A stretch of DNA of 63,989 nucleotides, the filler included, from Octopus bimaculoides (taxonomy: Eukaryota): NCBI RefSeq assembly GCF_001194135.2. It is 7 parts of 6 records of this genome, joined end to end, with 100 filler letters (N's around TTAATTAATTAA, not from the genome) between each part and the next. Parts side by side here need not be neighbours in the genome. Positions count along the whole stretch, not along the records: positions 59,098 to 61,888 come from NW_026364208.1; positions 61,989 to 63,989 come from NW_026407830.1; 5 more parts are not named here. One strand, 5' to 3'. Both the position numbers and the translations under genes were made by a program. Each line of letters begins with the position of its first letter. The stretch's first letter is position 1. Positions 60,306 to 63,989 of this stretch are shown one piece after another. The notes below the pieces were generated by a model. The model searched no databases. It had not been told where the DNA came from and worked only from the letters and a program-made list of their open reading frames with translations.

Positions 60306-62157
60306 TTCTTTACCCCCGCCTACAACAGTGGTGATGGTGCTGCTGCTGATGATGATATATACAAGTGCCCACCCCACGAATTTGTTACCGCATAACTTAC
60401 AGAAAAATTGATATTTTTTAATGAAATTTTCTGAAAAATATTCTTCAGATGGTGCAGATTTCGATTAGATCGGGATTTGAGGTGGAAAAAAAAAAATGAA
60501 ATTCTGGTGAGTGAGGAGAGGAATTTCCGAGCATTCACAGAGTTTGCTTTGTTTCCTCATAACTTTTAGAAAAATTGGTGCTTTTCTATTGAAATTTTCT
60601 ACAAATATCCTTTAGTGCGTGTAAATTACGATTATATTGGAATTATATGTGAAAAATAAAATTGTTGGCCACACACACTTACATACGAACACGCACCACA
60701 ATTGTTTTAGGAACGTGTCATTCTATGTGTGTGAGTCACCCATTTTTCTTTTCTTGATTTTTTTCCTTTTTTCGTATCAAATTCAGATATCATTGAAATC
60801 TACACACGTTTAAACGTTTTTGTAAAAAAATTCATTGGAAAATAACTATTTTTCTGAAAGTAAGTGATGAGGGAACAAAGTCGAGGTTCGCGCACATGTA
60901 TGATGATGATGACGATGATGATGACGACGACGACGACGACGATTACTATTATTCATAATACTATAAAATGATATTACCTTTAGTCTTGATAAAACGCGAC
61001 ATATGGTTATACCCAGTGCCTGTTTGGCAAAAGAATAAATCTTATTTTACAAATCAGCTACTTTGATAAATTAATCAGAGTCGACCGTTGATAAAAAGGC
61101 CCTTCTAAAAAGCCTAATCTATCACTTCTCAGTGCGATTTCTTTCAGCCGCCAAATGCGGAGACTAAATTGTTTTTCTTCTTTCTTTCTTTTTTTTTTTC
61201 TTCTTTTTGTTGGGTTCAGATAGCATTTTTATTTCAGTTGTTTGTTTTCCCTAGAAATACACCAATAAGCAACCAAGGTAATAGATAATGTTTTGATACT
61301 CACAGATAGAAAAGGTTTTAAATTGCTTTTTGTAAATAAAAGCGGAGTAACGAGCAGGGAGAGTATAAAAACCTAACTCGCTCGCCTTTTCTGAATTACC
61401 GAAACGAATATTTTTCATGTAATACATTTTATTCCTGGTTATAGCCATATTCTTAACATTAGTGTAGCATTAGTGGACGAGGAAAATTTTCAAAATCCCA
61501 CGTTCTTAATTCAGAGTAAAACCACCGATCGTTCAAATTAGGGCAGTGTTTGTGTTTGTTGCTGTGTGTTTGTTACTTTGTGCGTGTTTCTTTGGCGTGC
61601 TTATTTGGTGGTCGCCGCCGTAAATTCTTTCGACGCCCGAGGCTATAGTAGAAGACACCTGCCCACGGTGCCACGCAGAACATTTTTTTTTTTTTTTTTT
61701 TTTTTTGCATGGATGCCCTTTTTAATAATCTGGTTATCAAATATGCTGATTTTCACTTACCTGATACTTTATGAGTTAAAAGTCTTATAGTTTTGATATA
61801 TCAACAGGAACGAAGAAGATTTCTTTGTGCAAGTAAGATACACACCCAACGAAGCGGTACTACTAAAGCAGCGCGGACCCGAATGCGCNNNNNNNNNNNN
61901 NNNNNNNNNNNNNNNNNNNNNNNNNNNNNNNNTTAATTAATTAANNNNNNNNNNNNNNNNNNNNNNNNNNNNNNNNNNNNNNNNNNNNGTATGTATATTG
62001 TATATTACATATATTTTATATATGCATATACAATATGTTCATATATATAGATTATTGAATTTATATACTGAGTAACACGAGTATTTTGGACATAAAGGAA
62101 AAGGATTACGTAACTCAATAACTTGTTTTCTCACTCATAACAAGGCCGTGATGTTAT

Positions 62158-62199
<42 letters not shown>

Positions 62200-63989
62200 A
62201 AACAAACAGACGTTAGGAATATTATTTATTGCAATGTCTATGTCTGTATAATTTTATCAAAAATCCTGATTTTTATATCTATTACCTACTGGAACAGATA
62301 CCATCTAACGCCTATGGAGAGATAAAGATATTCACACAGCTATACATATAACGTATATACATTTCACGTGCAGACACATGTAGAAACATGAAGAAACACA
62401 TACACGCACACAAATACGCATGCATATACACATGCATATATATATATATATNNNNNNNNNNNNNNNNNNNNNNNNNNNNNNNNNNNNNNNNNNNNNNNNN
62501 NNNNNNNNNNNNNNNNNNNNNNNNNNNNNNNNNNNNNNNNNNNNNNNNNNNNNNNNNNNNNNNNNNNNNNNNNNNNNNNNNNNNNNNNNNNNNNNNNNNN
62601 NNNNNNNNNNNNNNNNNNNNNNNNNNNNNNNNNNNNNNNNNNNNNNNNNNNNNNNNNNNNNNNNNNNNNNNNNNNNNNNNNNNNNNNNNNNNNNNNNNNN
62701 NNNNNNNNNNNNNNNNNNNNNNNNNNNNNNNNNNNNNNNNNNNNNNNNNNNNNNNNNNNNNNNNNNNNNNNNNNNNNNNNNNNNNNNNNNNNNNNNNNNN
62801 NNNNNNNNNNNNNNNNNNNNNNNNNNNNNNNNNNNNNNNNNNNNNNNNNNNNNNNNNNNNNNNNNNNNNNNNNNNNNNNNNNNNNNNNNNNNNNNNNNNN
62901 NNNNNNNNNNNNNNNNNNNNNNNNNNNNNNNNNNNNNNNNNNNNNNNNNNNNNNNNNNNNNNNNNNNNNNNNNNNNNNNNNNNNNNNNNNNNNNNNNNNN
63001 NNNNNNNNNNNNNNNNNNNNNNNNNNNNNNNNNNNNNNNNNNNNNNNNNNNNNNNNNNNNNNNNNNNNNNNNNNNNNNNNNNNNNNNNNNNNNNNNNNNN
63101 NNNNNNNNNNNNNNNNNNNNNNNNNNNNNNNNNNNNNNNNNNNNNNNNNNNNNNNNNNNNNNNNNNNNNNNNNNNNNNNNNNNNNNNNNNNNNNNNNNNN
63201 NNNNNNNNNNNNNNNNNNNNNNNNNNNNNNNNNNNNNNNNNNNNNNNNNNNNNNNNNNNNNNNNNNNNNNNNNNNNNNNNNNNNNNNNNNNNNNNNNNNN
63301 NNNNNNNNNNNCACGCACACACGCACAATCTTCCAAACATACACGCACACACACACACTCTTTCACACATACACGCACACACACACACATTCTTTCACAC
63401 ATACACGCACACACACATATATAGACAAAGAAATATATCTGCAATGATCTACACACAGTTACACCTACGTTCCAGCTTCCGGCTGAATCAGGAATTGCAG
63501 AGAAATTACTAGCGTCTTTTATTTTGGTCGTGAAGTAAAGCTGTGAGTGTCTGTCCGATATTTTCCTATAGTCACCACAGATACACAGATTTTTGTTTTA
63601 AAAATCAATAACTGCCAAAATAATCATGTTGCATTGATGTGAAATATAGGAAAAGATTTCTGTATCTTCGTGTTTTATCTCCTGAAAACTTGACAAATGG
63701 AGCGCTTCAGATCGTCATAATCTAAATAATCAATATATTTCTTCAACCATGCATATAATCGGTTCACATTTAGTCAAGTTGTATAGCAATTTTAACATCT
63801 AATCTTCAATATTACCCGCTCAGTGCTTTCTTTAATAGAAATATATACGTTCCCAGACACACGTGGACACACACACATACAGATATGTGCATATATGTAT
63901 GACTATATGAATCTATGTACGTCTATATATGTGTGTGTGCCTGTGTCTGAATGCATATGTATATATATATATATATATATATGTATATA

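Overview
Eukaryotic, AT-rich, repeat-saturated draft-assembly DNA with many N gaps and six artificial TTAATTAATTAA gap linkers. The SINE families and microsatellite load look like an octopus (cephalopod) genome. That assignment is inference from recognised repeat types, not a database search. There is no intact, nameable host gene. The best-supported host coding piece is one internal exon (43691-43823, minus strand) of an unidentified protein. Almost everything else is microsatellite or mobile DNA: decayed non-LTR retrotransposons (Tx1/L1-like with APE+RT+zinc knuckle, R4/Dong-like with RT+CCHC+REL nuclease, RTE, HERO/NeSL-like), several tRNA-derived SINE families, hAT and Tc1/mariner MITEs, and a Helitron helicase fragment. 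Nearly all long ORFs in the supplied track are artefacts of simple repeats or N runs. The most notable observations are: (1) small hammerhead-ribozyme elements, namely a complete 295-bp tRNA-headed element with a minimal hammerhead, an inverted tail copy and a 13-bp TSD (48761-49055), and two near-identical young copies of a second family with a non-canonical CUGUUGA core (47.4 and 57.5 kb); (2) a Tx1-like ORF2 bracketed by an inverted repeat that overlaps its own start and stop codons and is joined upstream, in frame, to a HERO-type nuclease fragment; (3) several long foldback hairpins, one with a loop made of telomeric repeats. All alignments and counts were done by eye.
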